From the NCBI GenBank assembly GCA_963559065.1, contig CAUWIY010000002.1:70002-134001 (forward strand): a stretch of DNA of 64,000 nucleotides. The letters run 5' to 3'. Each line of letters opens with the position of its first letter. Positions within the stretch are counted from its first letter, which is position 1. The notes under the pieces were generated by a model. That model was given only the letters and a program-made list of their open reading frames with translations. It was not told where the DNA came from and searched no databases. The position numbers and the translations under genes were made by a program. Below are positions 10,008 through 20,551 of this stretch, piece after piece. This DNA comes from an uncultured Clostridia bacterium (GTDB lineage Bacteria; Bacillota; Clostridia; TANB77; CAG-508).

Positions 10008-11887
10008 TATTTCCCCTTTATTTCACATTGTTCAGAAAACAAATCTAAGTTTGGATTAAAATATGGGTCTCCTTCTTCTAATTCTTTTCCCCATTTTTGT
10101 TTAAACAATGCTATTTCACCTTCAAATCTCTTTTTCTTTTCTGGTGTATCTTCATATCCTCTTGATTTTGATTCATAATGATATAGTTTTGCATAAGGTG
10201 TATAGATGATTAATTTGTTTAGTTTTCTTATTTTCATACAAAAGTCGACATCATTAAATGCAACTGCAAATTTTTCGTCTAACCCTTCTACTTTTTCGTA
10301 TAATTCTTTTTTAGTCATTAAACATGCTGCTGTAACTGCTGAATAATTATTTATAACTTTTGTTCTTCCATAATATCCTGGTTCTTTTTCTGGTATTGTT
10401 CTATTTACATGTCCTGCTATTCCACCCATTCCTATTACAACTCCAGCATGTTGAATTGTTTTATCATAATATAATAATTTTGCTCCAACAATTCCTACTT
10501 CGTCTCTTTGGCAAAGGCTAAGCATTTCCTCTAACCAATTTGGTGTAATAATTTTTATGTCATTATTTAATAAAACTATGTATTCTCCTTTTGCCTGTCT
10601 TATAGCAAAATTATTAATTTTAGAATAGTTAAATCCTTTTTCTTCGTATTTTAGTACTTTAATTTTTGGATTTTTTTGTATTATATCATAATATTTAAAA
10701 GTTTTTGCTTTTTCGCTATTATTTTCTACAATTATTATTTCATAATTTGTATATGTTGATTTTAAAACTGATTCTATTGCTTTTTTCAGATATTTAATTG
10801 AATCTTTATTTGGTATTATTATTGAGATTAGTGGTTTTTCTTTTAATTTATATTTTACTCTATATAATCCCAATGGTTTTTCTTCATATACTTCTGCATG
10901 TAAATTAAGTCTTTTGCAATGTTCTTCTATTGCTTTTTTGCCAGCTTCAATTGCATACATTTTTGTTTCCATATTTTGTGCAGTTGAAAGATTATGTATT
11001 CTCCAATGGTATAAAACTTTTGGTATATGTACAATATTTTTTGTTTGTTCTGAAATTTTTAAAAACAGATCATAATCTTGTGCCCCATCAAATTCTTTTT
11101 TAAAACATCCTACTTTTTCTACAAGTTCTTTTCTTATAACACTTAAATGACAAATATAGTTATTACTTCTTAAAAAGTCTGGCGAAAAATCTGGTTTAAA
11201 AAATGGAAAATATCTATTTTCTAAATTTCCTTCAAATTTATCTTCATCTGTATATATAAAGTCTGTTTCTTTATTTTCGTTTAAGCTTGAGACTATTTCA
11301 AATAAAGCATTTTGTGAAATCATATCATCATGATCAATAAGTGCTATAAATTCTCCGCTTGCCATTTCTATTGCTTTATTAGAATTTTCGGAAATTCCAT
11401 TGTTTACTTCTAATTTTTTATATTTTATTTTTTCATCTTGTTTTATTAAATCTTCTATATATTCTAATTTTTGTTTACTGGCGTCTACTAAGCATATTTC
11501 CCAATTTTGATATGTTTGTTTTTTTATGCTTTCTAAATAATCTATAAAAAATTCTTTTGGAGTATTGTATAATGGTGTAATTATACTTATTAATGGGCTA
11601 TATTCAAATTGGGTATTTTTTTGTTTTTCTATGTCTTCTTTAGTTAATTTATTGTTATTAATCCAATTTGAATATTGCTTTTCTTGTGCTTCTCTGCTAT
11701 CTGGTATTACTAATTTATAAAATGAATATCTTAGACCTTTTTTAAGTCCATTTTCTTTTATTTTTTCTTTTAGCTCTATTCTATTTTCTTTATTTTTTAA
11801 TAGTCTATATGTGTATTGGAATATTTTTCTTCTTTTACTTCCAACTGGTAATAGAAAATTTAATATTTTATCTTTTATTTCTTTCAA
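10007..11887 (-). CDS. double-domain GT2 glycosyltransferase (polymerising type)
   Basis: Two GT2 cores: ISIITPLYN...LVDAS...DHDD and ISIIIPNKD...VENNS...NND. Confidence 0.8.
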   Translation of the reverse strand: MKEIKDKILNFLLPVGSKRRKIFQYTYRLLKNKENRIELKEKIKENGLKKGLRYSFYKLVIPDSREAQEKQYSNWINNNKLTKEDIEKQKNTQFEYSPLISIITPLYNTPKEFFIDYLESIKKQTYQNWEICLVDASKQKLEYIEDLIKQDEKIKYKKLEVNNGISENSNKAIEMASGEFIALIDHDDMISQNALFEIVSSLNENKETDFIYTDEDKFEGNLENRYFPFFKPDFSPDFLRSNNYICHLSVIRKELVEKVGCFKKEFDGAQDYDLFLKISEQTKNIVHIPKVLYHWRIHNLSTAQNMETKMYAIEAGKKAIEEHCKRLNLHAEVYEEKPLGLYRVKYKLKEKPLISIIIPNKDSIKYLKKAIESVLKSTYTNYEIIIVENNSEKAKTFKYYDIIQKNPKIKVLKYEEKGFNYSKINNFAIRQAKGEYIVLLNNDIKIITPNWLEEMLSLCQRDEVGIVGAKLLYYDKTIQHAGVVIGMGGIAGHVNRTIPEKEPGYYGRTKVINNYSAVTAACLMTKKELYEKVEGLDEKFAVAFNDVDFCMKIRKLNKLIIYTPYAKLYHYESKSRGYEDTPEKKKRFEGEIALFKQKWGKELEEGDPYFNPNLDLFSEQCEIKGK

Positions 11888-11976
11888 TTTATAAACCTTT
11901 CTATTTTCTTATTAAATATATTTATTTTTCTATTCTATAAAATCAGTGTTTTATACTTTGTATTTTAAAGTCTTAA

Positions 11977-13530
11977 TTATATAAAAAATCTAACCATCAT
12001 TGATAAATAAACTACAAAGTTTGCTATTAATGCTACATTTACAAGTTTATGTTCTTCTATTTCTAGTTTCTTTTTATTTGCAAAAAATACTGCTAATAAT
12101 AGTAGTGGTATTAAATATCTTCCTTGAACTCCTACTATTGTTGGATTTTTAAAGCTTGTATTATATAAGTACATTGCTGTACATATCATTCCAAATGATA
12201 CTAGTATAATTCCTGTTGTTATAATTTTTTGGTACATTGTTGTTTTCTTTTTATTTTCATCATTGAAAAATGCCATTACTGTAATTACTATATATGAAAT
12301 TGGTACTACTGCATATGGTGCTACTTGATTATGACATAAGAAGTGTCCTGCAAACATATTCTCTAGATAGTCATAAGCATTGTATACAATTGTTCTAAAT
12401 ACAACTGTTAAATATCCAATTGGATTTTTATATATCCAAGCATTTGTATCAGTTGACTCTGGTGTTACTCCTGTTTCTACAGCAATTGCATTCATCCACC
12501 ATAGTGTAGATATTAACCCTAAAGCAATAAATCCGCCTGCAAATATCCATTTATTTTTAGGTTTTTTAAAGCATTCTTTTGGTATAAATAGCCATAGTCC
12601 AACAAGTGGTAAATATGCCATTTTAGATATTGCAATTATAAATGTTAGTATTGCAAATATAATGTATTCCCACCATTTGATTTTTTCTTTTGTTTCCATA
12701 TAGTGTAAAACATAGCTTATTATTAAAAATGCTGTTATTATTATTGCATTGTCTGTTGTAAAGCTTGCTGCATATGACAATACAACTGGTGAAAGTAAAA
12801 CTATAGTTGCAAATAATTTGTGTTTTGGTAATTTTTTTATTCCATATGATAGTAATAATACTGTTATTATTAAGCTTGTTATTCTTCCAAGCATTGCAAT
12901 AAAGTATGGATTCATCTTTAATAATAATCCTATTTTTACTCCTATTAATTGTGGAAAATAGCTAAGTCCATGATAATTACCAACTGTTGATATTTCTATT
13001 TTTTCATCTTCATTTAATTCTATTTGCATCATTTCTTTTATGTCATAATATTTTTTATATTCTCTTTTTTTGCTTTCACTATTTACATTTACCATGTCTA
13101 TTACAGATTTTGGTAGTTCTGTTTTAAATTCATTATCTATTATTGGTGCAACTATTTCTCCTTGTGCAGCTTGAAATGTTCTATATAAATGTGCTGGTTC
13201 GTCACTTTGTGCACATAATGGAACTATAAATACATAAAGTCCTCCAATAATTAATGCAAAAATCATATAAACAATATGTGGCTTTAATTTTTGATATAGT
13301 TTTTTTGAAAATATTATTAGTATTAATGTAAGTATTCCTGTTATTGCTGTTGCAATTAAGAAATATTTTAAATGATTTCCTGTACCAAGCATATTATTTT
13401 TTTGTAATTCTAATTTTAAGTTTAGATAGTATGTTGCTATAAAAAATGCCATTATTATTATGTAATATAATAATCTACAACTAACTATTTTTCTTATTAT
13501 ATCTTCTGTTTTTTCCAAAAATTTTTTCAC
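11977..13530 (-). CDS. second DUF2142-type polytopic membrane protein (GT-C-like)
   Basis: 517 aa, many TM segments, SDEPAH motif in the first loop. Paralog of 8670-10007. Confidence 0.7.
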   Translation of the reverse strand: MKKFLEKTEDIIRKIVSCRLLYYIIIMAFFIATYYLNLKLELQKNNMLGTGNHLKYFLIATAITGILTLILIIFSKKLYQKLKPHIVYMIFALIIGGLYVFIVPLCAQSDEPAHLYRTFQAAQGEIVAPIIDNEFKTELPKSVIDMVNVNSESKKREYKKYYDIKEMMQIELNEDEKIEISTVGNYHGLSYFPQLIGVKIGLLLKMNPYFIAMLGRITSLIITVLLLSYGIKKLPKHKLFATIVLLSPVVLSYAASFTTDNAIIITAFLIISYVLHYMETKEKIKWWEYIIFAILTFIIAISKMAYLPLVGLWLFIPKECFKKPKNKWIFAGGFIALGLISTLWWMNAIAVETGVTPESTDTNAWIYKNPIGYLTVVFRTIVYNAYDYLENMFAGHFLCHNQVAPYAVVPISYIVITVMAFFNDENKKKTTMYQKIITTGIILVSFGMICTAMYLYNTSFKNPTIVGVQGRYLIPLLLLAVFFANKKKLEIEEHKLVNVALIANFVVYLSMMVRFFI

Positions 13531-13603
13531 TTTAATTTACATTCCTTTCTTAAAGTAGAATTTTGTTTTAATATTTTTATAATCACTTTTGTATAGTTTT
13601 AAT

Positions 13604-14527
13604 TTATTTTTGTTTTAATTGATTTAGCATTAGTTCATATAATTGTTTATGTTTTTTTACAATAACATCTAATATTACCCCACAAATAAATGATAATATA
13701 GCTACTACCATTATGAATCCACCTACAATTAATGTTGGGAATCTTAATACTAGTCCTGTTGCAAAATATTCTTGAAATACTGGTACTATAAATATAAGTG
13801 ATATGATTGCACATATAATAGAAACAATATTAAAGAAGAAGAATGGTTTATATTCTTTAAATAATGTTGCTATCATTTTTAGTACTTTGAATCCATCTCT
13901 ATATGTATTTAGTTTTGATACACTTCCATCAGGTCTATCTCTATATGCAACTGGTATTTCTTGAATTAAAAAGTTTTTGTCTACAGCATGTATTGTCATT
14001 TCTGTTTCTATTTCAAACCCTTTTGATAGCACAGGATATGTTTTTACAAATTGATAACTAAATGCTCTATATCCTGTCATGATATCTTTTATTTTGTTTT
14101 TAAATAATTTATTAATTAAGAACCTTACACTTTTGTTTCCAAAATTGTGAAATGGTCTTTTATTTTCAGTAAAGTAGGTAGAAGATAATCTATCTCCTAC
14201 TACCATATCTGCTTTTCCTTCTAAAACTAAATTACACATCTCTCTTGCATTTTCTGCAGGATAAGTATCATCTCCATCTACCATTAAATAGCATTCTGCG
14301 TCTATTTGTCTGAACATACTGCGAATAACATTTCCTTTACCTTGTCTATACTCATGTTTTACGATTGCTCCTGCATTTTCTGCGATTTCAGCTGTACCAT
14401 CTGTTGAGTTGTTGTCATAAACATATATATCTGCTTCTGGTAATGCTGTTTTATAGTCTTTTACTACTTTTTCTATTGTTTTGCTTTCATTATAACATGG
14501 TATTAATACTGCTATTTTACTTTTCAT
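13604..14527 (-). CDS. GT2 polyprenyl-phosphate glycosyltransferase with C-terminal TM helices
   Basis: Motifs VLIPCYNE, YDNNSTDGT, VDGDDTY and TGYRAF, plus two C-terminal TM segments. Confidence 0.8.
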   Translation of the reverse strand: MKSKIAVLIPCYNESKTIEKVVKDYKTALPEADIYVYDNNSTDGTAEIAENAGAIVKHEYRQGKGNVIRSMFRQIDAECYLMVDGDDTYPAENAREMCNLVLEGKADMVVGDRLSSTYFTENKRPFHNFGNKSVRFLINKLFKNKIKDIMTGYRAFSYQFVKTYPVLSKGFEIETEMTIHAVDKNFLIQEIPVAYRDRPDGSVSKLNTYRDGFKVLKMIATLFKEYKPFFFFNIVSIICAIISLIFIVPVFQEYFATGLVLRFPTLIVGGFIMVVAILSFICGVILDVIVKKHKQLYELMLNQLKQK

Positions 14528-14539
14528 TAAATTTCTCCT

Positions 14540-16693
14540 TTATTTTATATTTGCATTTAATATTGTAATACTATGATTTTGTGTTTTTAATTTTAATTCT
14601 TCTTGGTCTAATCTTATTTTTATTGAATCATATTCTATACCATCTAGGTCTTTTTCATAATTTATTGATTTTCCATCAGATTTTACATATACTGTATCTA
14701 TTATTTCTTCTTTTCCGCCTTTTTCTGCTATTATATTTATAGAAATTGGTTCATCAATATTTTTAATTAGTACCCTTCCATTCATTGTTGCTACAAATGT
14801 TAATTTATTTTCTTTTGTTTTATCATCTCGTTTTATTTCAAATTGATTTTCAGTACATGTTAGCATTGTTGTTTGATTTTTTTTGTATTTTTCACTATCA
14901 TGTTTTACTTTTAAAATATGAATATAATCATATCCTCCTAAAAAGCTTACATTTGTTAATGTATCTGCTACATCTACTATTTCATATCCATATTGATTTA
15001 AATAAGATATTGTTCCTGGCATTCTGTCTCCTTCTTCATATAATGGGACATATATATCATTATTTAATATATTATTCCAATATAATTCGTCAGTTTTTGC
15101 TGTTTTACCAGTTTTTGTACCATATTGTAATTCTACCATTCTATCATCTACATTTAATAATGTTGGTACAGCACTATTGTCATATATTACTCCCCAAACA
15201 CCGTCTATATCATATTTTTCGTTGTTTCTATCTCTAAATACTTTTTTTATGTTATTTTTTATATTATTTATAATATATTCTTTATCTTCTGTTCTTTCAC
15301 TTATAATTAAATTTCTATAATTCTTCCTACTTCCATGTGTAAAATATTCATAAAGTCCTCCTAGAGAGCTTTGTAGTATTATTGTTGACATTAGTATTAT
15401 CAAAAATATTTTATTGTTTTTGATTACTTTTATTAATAAACTTATATATATAATACTTGATAATATTGGTATTACTCCTGCATATCTAGTGTATCCGATT
15501 ATAAACAATTCCCATACAAAATATAGATATAATAATAAAGTTCCATATTCTAAAATTTGTTTATTTATTTCTTGTTTTTTTATTAATTTTTTATAAATTA
15601 GTTCATATATTATTATAAATATAGATATTATATATCCTGCTGCAAACATAAAGTCAGTATTTCCGCCTTCATATGCTCTTGTTGGCTGAAATATTATATA
15701 TATAGGCCAGAATATAAACTCTATTATAGTTTTTGGTCCGTATCTTTCATCTACCCAATTTATTTCTTGAAAATATTCTGATTTAAAAATTGAATTGTAG
15801 TATGGAAATACTGGATTTCCTGTTTGTATAATTGCATCTAACATATATGGTAACATTGTTATTATAAATGTTAATATAAGTAAAATGTAATCATATATTT
15901 TTATATATTTAATGTCTTTTATGTTTTTAATAAGTAAATATATTAATGGTCCAATAATATAAATTGCATTTGTAATTTTAGTAGATACACATAGTCCTAC
16001 TGTATATGCTAAAATATATAGTCTAGTTTTTTCTTTAAAAATATCTTTTCTTTCAAATAATATTACATAGAATATTTCTAGTAATAATACCAAAGAAAAA
16101 TTATCTATATAATATGTTCCTATTTGTTGTAATATTATAAAAACACCTAAAGGTAACATTGACAATATTGATATATATTTTTCTGCAATTTTACTATCTA
16201 ATAATTGTTTTAGATATTTTTTAATTTGATAATACATAACTACAATCAAGAAGTATCCAGGTAGTGTTCCTAATCTAAATCCTAATAAAGCTCTAAACAT
16301 ATATAATATTCTATCTGCAATTGGATAAACAAATGATGTTAGCGTTCTACCCGGGAAAAAGTCTGAATTTATTTTATCTGCAAATGGTGTTTCTTGTAAA
16401 TATATATGGTAACTATATGAATCCCAAAATGTATCTGGATATATTATTGTTAATCCCATTATTACCAATAATATTGCTATAAATATTAAGTCATATTTAC
16501 TAAAATTACTTTCTATTTTTATTTTTTTCTTTTTTATTAATAATGTTGATATACCTATATTTACTATTAATGCTATTATATTGCTTATAAGATAACTTGT
16601 TTTAAAAAAGTAGATTAAATTATCACAAATTATTACTTGAGTAAATAGCAGTAATAATGCAAAAAAGCATATATTAATTTTTTTCATTTTCAC
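14540..16693 (-). CDS. large polytopic membrane protein with about 270-aa extracytoplasmic C-terminal domain (GT-C/ArnT-like candidate)
   Basis: 717 aa. About 12 TM segments in the first 450 aa, then a soluble beta-rich tail. Overlaps both neighbouring genes. Confidence 0.5.
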   Translation of the reverse strand: MKMKKINICFFALLLLFTQVIICDNLIYFFKTSYLISNIIALIVNIGISTLLIKKKKIKIESNFSKYDLIFIAILLVIMGLTIIYPDTFWDSYSYHIYLQETPFADKINSDFFPGRTLTSFVYPIADRILYMFRALLGFRLGTLPGYFLIVVMYYQIKKYLKQLLDSKIAEKYISILSMLPLGVFIILQQIGTYYIDNFSLVLLLEIFYVILFERKDIFKEKTRLYILAYTVGLCVSTKITNAIYIIGPLIYLLIKNIKDIKYIKIYDYILLILTFIITMLPYMLDAIIQTGNPVFPYYNSIFKSEYFQEINWVDERYGPKTIIEFIFWPIYIIFQPTRAYEGGNTDFMFAAGYIISIFIIIYELIYKKLIKKQEINKQILEYGTLLLYLYFVWELFIIGYTRYAGVIPILSSIIYISLLIKVIKNNKIFLIILMSTIILQSSLGGLYEYFTHGSRKNYRNLIISERTEDKEYIINNIKNNIKKVFRDRNNEKYDIDGVWGVIYDNSAVPTLLNVDDRMVELQYGTKTGKTAKTDELYWNNILNNDIYVPLYEEGDRMPGTISYLNQYGYEIVDVADTLTNVSFLGGYDYIHILKVKHDSEKYKKNQTTMLTCTENQFEIKRDDKTKENKLTFVATMNGRVLIKNIDEPISINIIAEKGGKEEIIDTVYVKSDGKSINYEKDLDGIEYDSIKIRLDQEELKLKTQNHSITILNANIK

Positions 16694-18644
16694 TTTCTCC
16701 TAAATCCCATACTCTAGTTAAAAAATCATATCTTTTTTGTATTTCTTCTTCGTGCCATGGTGTCATTTCAATCATATTTCTAATTTCTTCATGAATTCTT
16801 ACAATTTCGTCAAAGTGTTTTTGTTTTTTAGTTACACTTGTTACATTGTTTCCATGTAATCTGTAATAGTTTAATGGTTTGTTGCAAAATGCAATATTTC
16901 CTTTTTTCATTACACTTACATAAAATAGCCAATCTCCTGCTTGTTTGTATTCTATTATTTTTTCGAATATATCATCATAATTATCTCTTTTTATTATACA
17001 TGAAGATACATTTGCAATAATACAATTTAAAAATGTGTAGTTTTTGATTTCTTCTAACCCATTATCGACAAAATCTGATTCCCAATGATTTGTTTTTCTT
17101 ATATCTATTTCTGGTTTTATTGTTGGTAATATTATTTTGTCCCAAGCATTTATAAACGCAGTATCTGCATAAGATATATAAATATTTTTATCTTGTTTTA
17201 TTGGTTTTACTATATTTTTTAATAATGTCTTATCACAGCAATCATCTGCTTCTGCTATCCATACATAATCTCCTGTTGCCAATGCAAATCCTTTTTTCCA
17301 TTGTTTAAATGCACAACCTGAGTTTTCTTCATTGTATATTTTTTGAACTTTTATGTATGGAGATATTTTCTCTACTATATTATCTATTAATTTTCTACTA
17401 TTGTCTTTTGAGCAGTCATCTAATATTATTAATTCATGTATTTTTTCTGTTTGTGCCAATATGCTATAAATACGTGGCATTAAGAAATTTTCGTAATTAT
17501 AGTTTGGTATTACAACAGATATTTTAATGTCTTCTTGTTTCTTTTTTGATTGTTTTTTTGCTAGTTTTTCTAAATCTTTTATTTCTATATATCTTTTTAT
17601 TACTGTTCTTTTTGTAATTTTTCTAATCACATCTTTTATTTTTTCTTTTGTTTTATTCATAGAATCTTTATTTTCTATTGTTTCATTTGCTAATTCTGCT
17701 TCTTTTCTTTTTAAACATTTAGCCATATCTTTATAAAACTGCCTTTCTTTTTTTGGTTGTTCTTTTATAAATTGTCCTATATATTTATTTTTGTATAACT
17801 CATATTTTTCTTGTTTTTCCATAAATATATTAAGTAATTCTTGCCTTTTTTCATAATCATTTTGTTTTGGTATAATTACCATATATAGTAAAAGCACTTG
17901 TTGATATAATATTGCTGATTGATATTTTTTGAAGTTTTTATCTTCTTTTATTCTTTCAAAACAAGTATCTATAGAGTCAAACATTTCTAATCTTTTTAGT
18001 GTTACTTCTTCATTTTGAACTGAATTCTCTCTTTGTACATAAAAATATTTTATTCCTTGAACATATGCTACTTTTTTTGCATTTACAATTGCTGGCAATA
18101 TAGATGCTACATCTTCATTTATTTTTCCTTCTAAAAATGGATATTTTTCAATTAATTCTTTTTTTATTATTTTATTACATGGAGATGCTGCTAGTCCATT
18201 ATTTACTAAGTTGAATTTTGTGACTTCTCCTAAACATGCTCTTGATAGTATTGGTTCATTTGCACTATTTTCATAAACTATTTCTATGTCTGTTGCAACA
18301 ATGTCTGCATTTTCTTTTTCAGCTGTTTCAATTAATTTTTCATAATAATCACTAGTAATATAGTCATCTGAATCTACAAAACCTATATATTCTCCTTTTG
18401 CTTTTTGTATTGCAAAATTTCTTGAATATGCAGCCCCTTTGTTTTCGCTATTTTGATATACCTGTAAATTAGGGTATTTTTCTTGCATTTTATGTAGTTT
18501 TTCTACTGTTGTATCTTTTGAACCATCATCTACTGCTATGATTTCCAAATTCTTATATGTTTGTTTTTCTATTGATTCTATACATTTTTCTATATATTTT
18601 TCTATATTATAACATGGTATAATAACTGTGATTAATTTATCCAT
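16674..18644 (-). CDS. double-domain GT2 glycosyltransferase
   Basis: Two GT2 cores, VIIPCYN...VDDGS...DSDD and VVIPNYN...LDDCS...EADD, separated by a Lys/Glu-rich linker. Confidence 0.8.
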   Translation of the reverse strand: MDKLITVIIPCYNIEKYIEKCIESIEKQTYKNLEIIAVDDGSKDTTVEKLHKMQEKYPNLQVYQNSENKGAAYSRNFAIQKAKGEYIGFVDSDDYITSDYYEKLIETAEKENADIVATDIEIVYENSANEPILSRACLGEVTKFNLVNNGLAASPCNKIIKKELIEKYPFLEGKINEDVASILPAIVNAKKVAYVQGIKYFYVQRENSVQNEEVTLKRLEMFDSIDTCFERIKEDKNFKKYQSAILYQQVLLLYMVIIPKQNDYEKRQELLNIFMEKQEKYELYKNKYIGQFIKEQPKKERQFYKDMAKCLKRKEAELANETIENKDSMNKTKEKIKDVIRKITKRTVIKRYIEIKDLEKLAKKQSKKKQEDIKISVVIPNYNYENFLMPRIYSILAQTEKIHELIILDDCSKDNSRKLIDNIVEKISPYIKVQKIYNEENSGCAFKQWKKGFALATGDYVWIAEADDCCDKTLLKNIVKPIKQDKNIYISYADTAFINAWDKIILPTIKPEIDIRKTNHWESDFVDNGLEEIKNYTFLNCIIANVSSCIIKRDNYDDIFEKIIEYKQAGDWLFYVSVMKKGNIAFCNKPLNYYRLHGNNVTSVTKKQKHFDEIVRIHEEIRNMIEMTPWHEEEIQKRYDFLTRVWDLGESENEKN

Positions 18645-18689
18645 TACTTTTATTCCCTTCTAAAATATTAATTTGTTTTTGAAAGAATT

Positions 18690-20492
18690 TTAATTTAATT
18701 GCTTTCCATCTTTTCTTCTTAAAAAGTTTGTCCAGCGATAAATTCTGCTGTTTTTTAGTTGTTCAATTTCTTGTGTTAATCTTGCATTTTTTTCTTTTAA
18801 TTCTCTGTTTTCTTCATAAAGTTTATCTTTTTCTGTATAAACTGCTCCAATTCTTTTTTCAAAATTGAATTTAATGTCTTCAATGCTTATTATTCTGCTC
18901 CATTTTTCTGAATAGAAGTCTAATATTTTTTTATCTATTAATGTGTTTTGCCATTTTTCTTCTAGGTTGTCAAATATTTTAATATAATTTTCAATATTAT
19001 ATTTTTTGTATAATTCTTTTAAATTAATTTTTTTTGCTATATTGTTATGCTGAAAAACAAGTTGTTGAATACTTCTATACATTATTAATTCTAATGGTAC
19101 ACCTTCTTCATACCATTCCTGGTCAAATAGTATATATTCGTTTCCATCATAAAATATATTTTGGAATACTAAATCTATAAAACCATCTTTTAATATTGTC
19201 AATTTTTCTTTTTCTTCATCTTTTATTTCTACATTGTACTTTTCAAAAATACTTGTCTCAGAAGTTTTTGTAAATCTTTCATTTAAAATCTTGTGCCATT
19301 TTTCTAATTCTTCTTCAAATTTTGTGTATTCTCCTTTTTCTATTAATTCTCCTAAATATTCATCCATAGTTGGTATTTTAATAAAATTACTTTCTATTTT
19401 ATTTTCGGAAAATTTTTCGCACATTGAGAATCCTGAGTTTTTTAATTTTTCAATATTATTTTCTATTTGTTTAATATGTTGTATTCCTTGTTTGTTATAT
19501 GCTTCTTTTTCTACTTTTTCTTCTGATATTTTAGTTATAATTTTGTATTCTTCTTTTCTCATATTGCTATAGTTTACAAAATGAACATCAGTGGTATTCT
19601 CTTTTGATATTTCTATTATATAGCTATTTGTAAAGAAGTCAAATTTATTGTTTTTAATTGCTTCTCCAATAAATGTTAGTTCATTAAAAAGTATTTCTTC
19701 ATCTTCTCTATAATAAATGTTATATCTATTTCTTTTTGGTAGATATTCGTCTGTATAAATCATATGTGTTAGTGAATAGTTTGGAACAGGATAGTAAAAT
19801 TTTGAATTGTTAAAATTCTTTAATATTTCTTCTAATTCTGTTTTTCCATATAATTTATAGTCTTTATCTTTGTATTCATTATAGATTGCAAATGGTGGTT
19901 CTTGTTTGCTTTTTGTTGAACCAGCTAAATTTTTTACACCAAATTTGTTGTCTATTGCTAAAATTATTTTTCCTTGTTCACTTAATTTGTTATATGCCCA
20001 CTCTAGCATTTCTTTAAGATTTGAAAATCCTAATTTTTCTGCATATTCCGCTGTTCCTATTAATGTAATGTAATCATATTTTTCATCTATAATTACATCT
20101 TTTAAATTAGTACAAAGAATTAGTTTTAAATTTTCTACTTCTCCTAGTCTTTTTTGTAGGCATTCTATTTTTTCTTGACAAAATTCGACAGATGTTACAC
20201 TAGAAACTCTCTTTGTTAGTTCCAAAGTTATTTCTCCATAATTAGCTCCAATTTCTAGTATTTTTTTATTTTTTTCAAATGGATACCATTTTACTACATT
20301 TGTTCTCATTTCTGAAAATATATTTACTATATTTGTTCTTTTATCTTGTTCTATAATTTTGCTATATTCTTGAGGTCGATATTCATTTATGTATTTTTTA
20401 ATATCTTCTCTATAATCGCAGTAAATGTCATTATTATAATAATTTTCTTCATGATAAAATCTTTTATCTACTTCTATCATATTAAATTTCAT
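18690..20492 (-). CDS. methyltransferase / kinase-like / coiled-coil protein (WbdD-like chain-terminator candidate)
   Basis: SAM motif ILEIGANYGE. Central D-x4-N plus DxE pattern (FIDLVFQNIF...ILFDQEW), as in APH/choline-kinase folds. C-terminal heptad region EKDKLYEENRELKEKNARLTQEIEQLKN. Confidence 0.6.
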   Translation of the reverse strand: MKFNMIEVDKRFYHEENYYNNDIYCDYREDIKKYINEYRPQEYSKIIEQDKRTNIVNIFSEMRTNVVKWYPFEKNKKILEIGANYGEITLELTKRVSSVTSVEFCQEKIECLQKRLGEVENLKLILCTNLKDVIIDEKYDYITLIGTAEYAEKLGFSNLKEMLEWAYNKLSEQGKIILAIDNKFGVKNLAGSTKSKQEPPFAIYNEYKDKDYKLYGKTELEEILKNFNNSKFYYPVPNYSLTHMIYTDEYLPKRNRYNIYYREDEEILFNELTFIGEAIKNNKFDFFTNSYIIEISKENTTDVHFVNYSNMRKEEYKIITKISEEKVEKEAYNKQGIQHIKQIENNIEKLKNSGFSMCEKFSENKIESNFIKIPTMDEYLGELIEKGEYTKFEEELEKWHKILNERFTKTSETSIFEKYNVEIKDEEKEKLTILKDGFIDLVFQNIFYDGNEYILFDQEWYEEGVPLELIMYRSIQQLVFQHNNIAKKINLKELYKKYNIENYIKIFDNLEEKWQNTLIDKKILDFYSEKWSRIISIEDIKFNFEKRIGAVYTEKDKLYEENRELKEKNARLTQEIEQLKNSRIYRWTNFLRRKDGKQLN

Positions 20493-20551
20493 TCCCTTCT
20501 AAGGCATACTATTTTTTGCTAATGTAGCCTTATGCTGATATATTTTTAATA

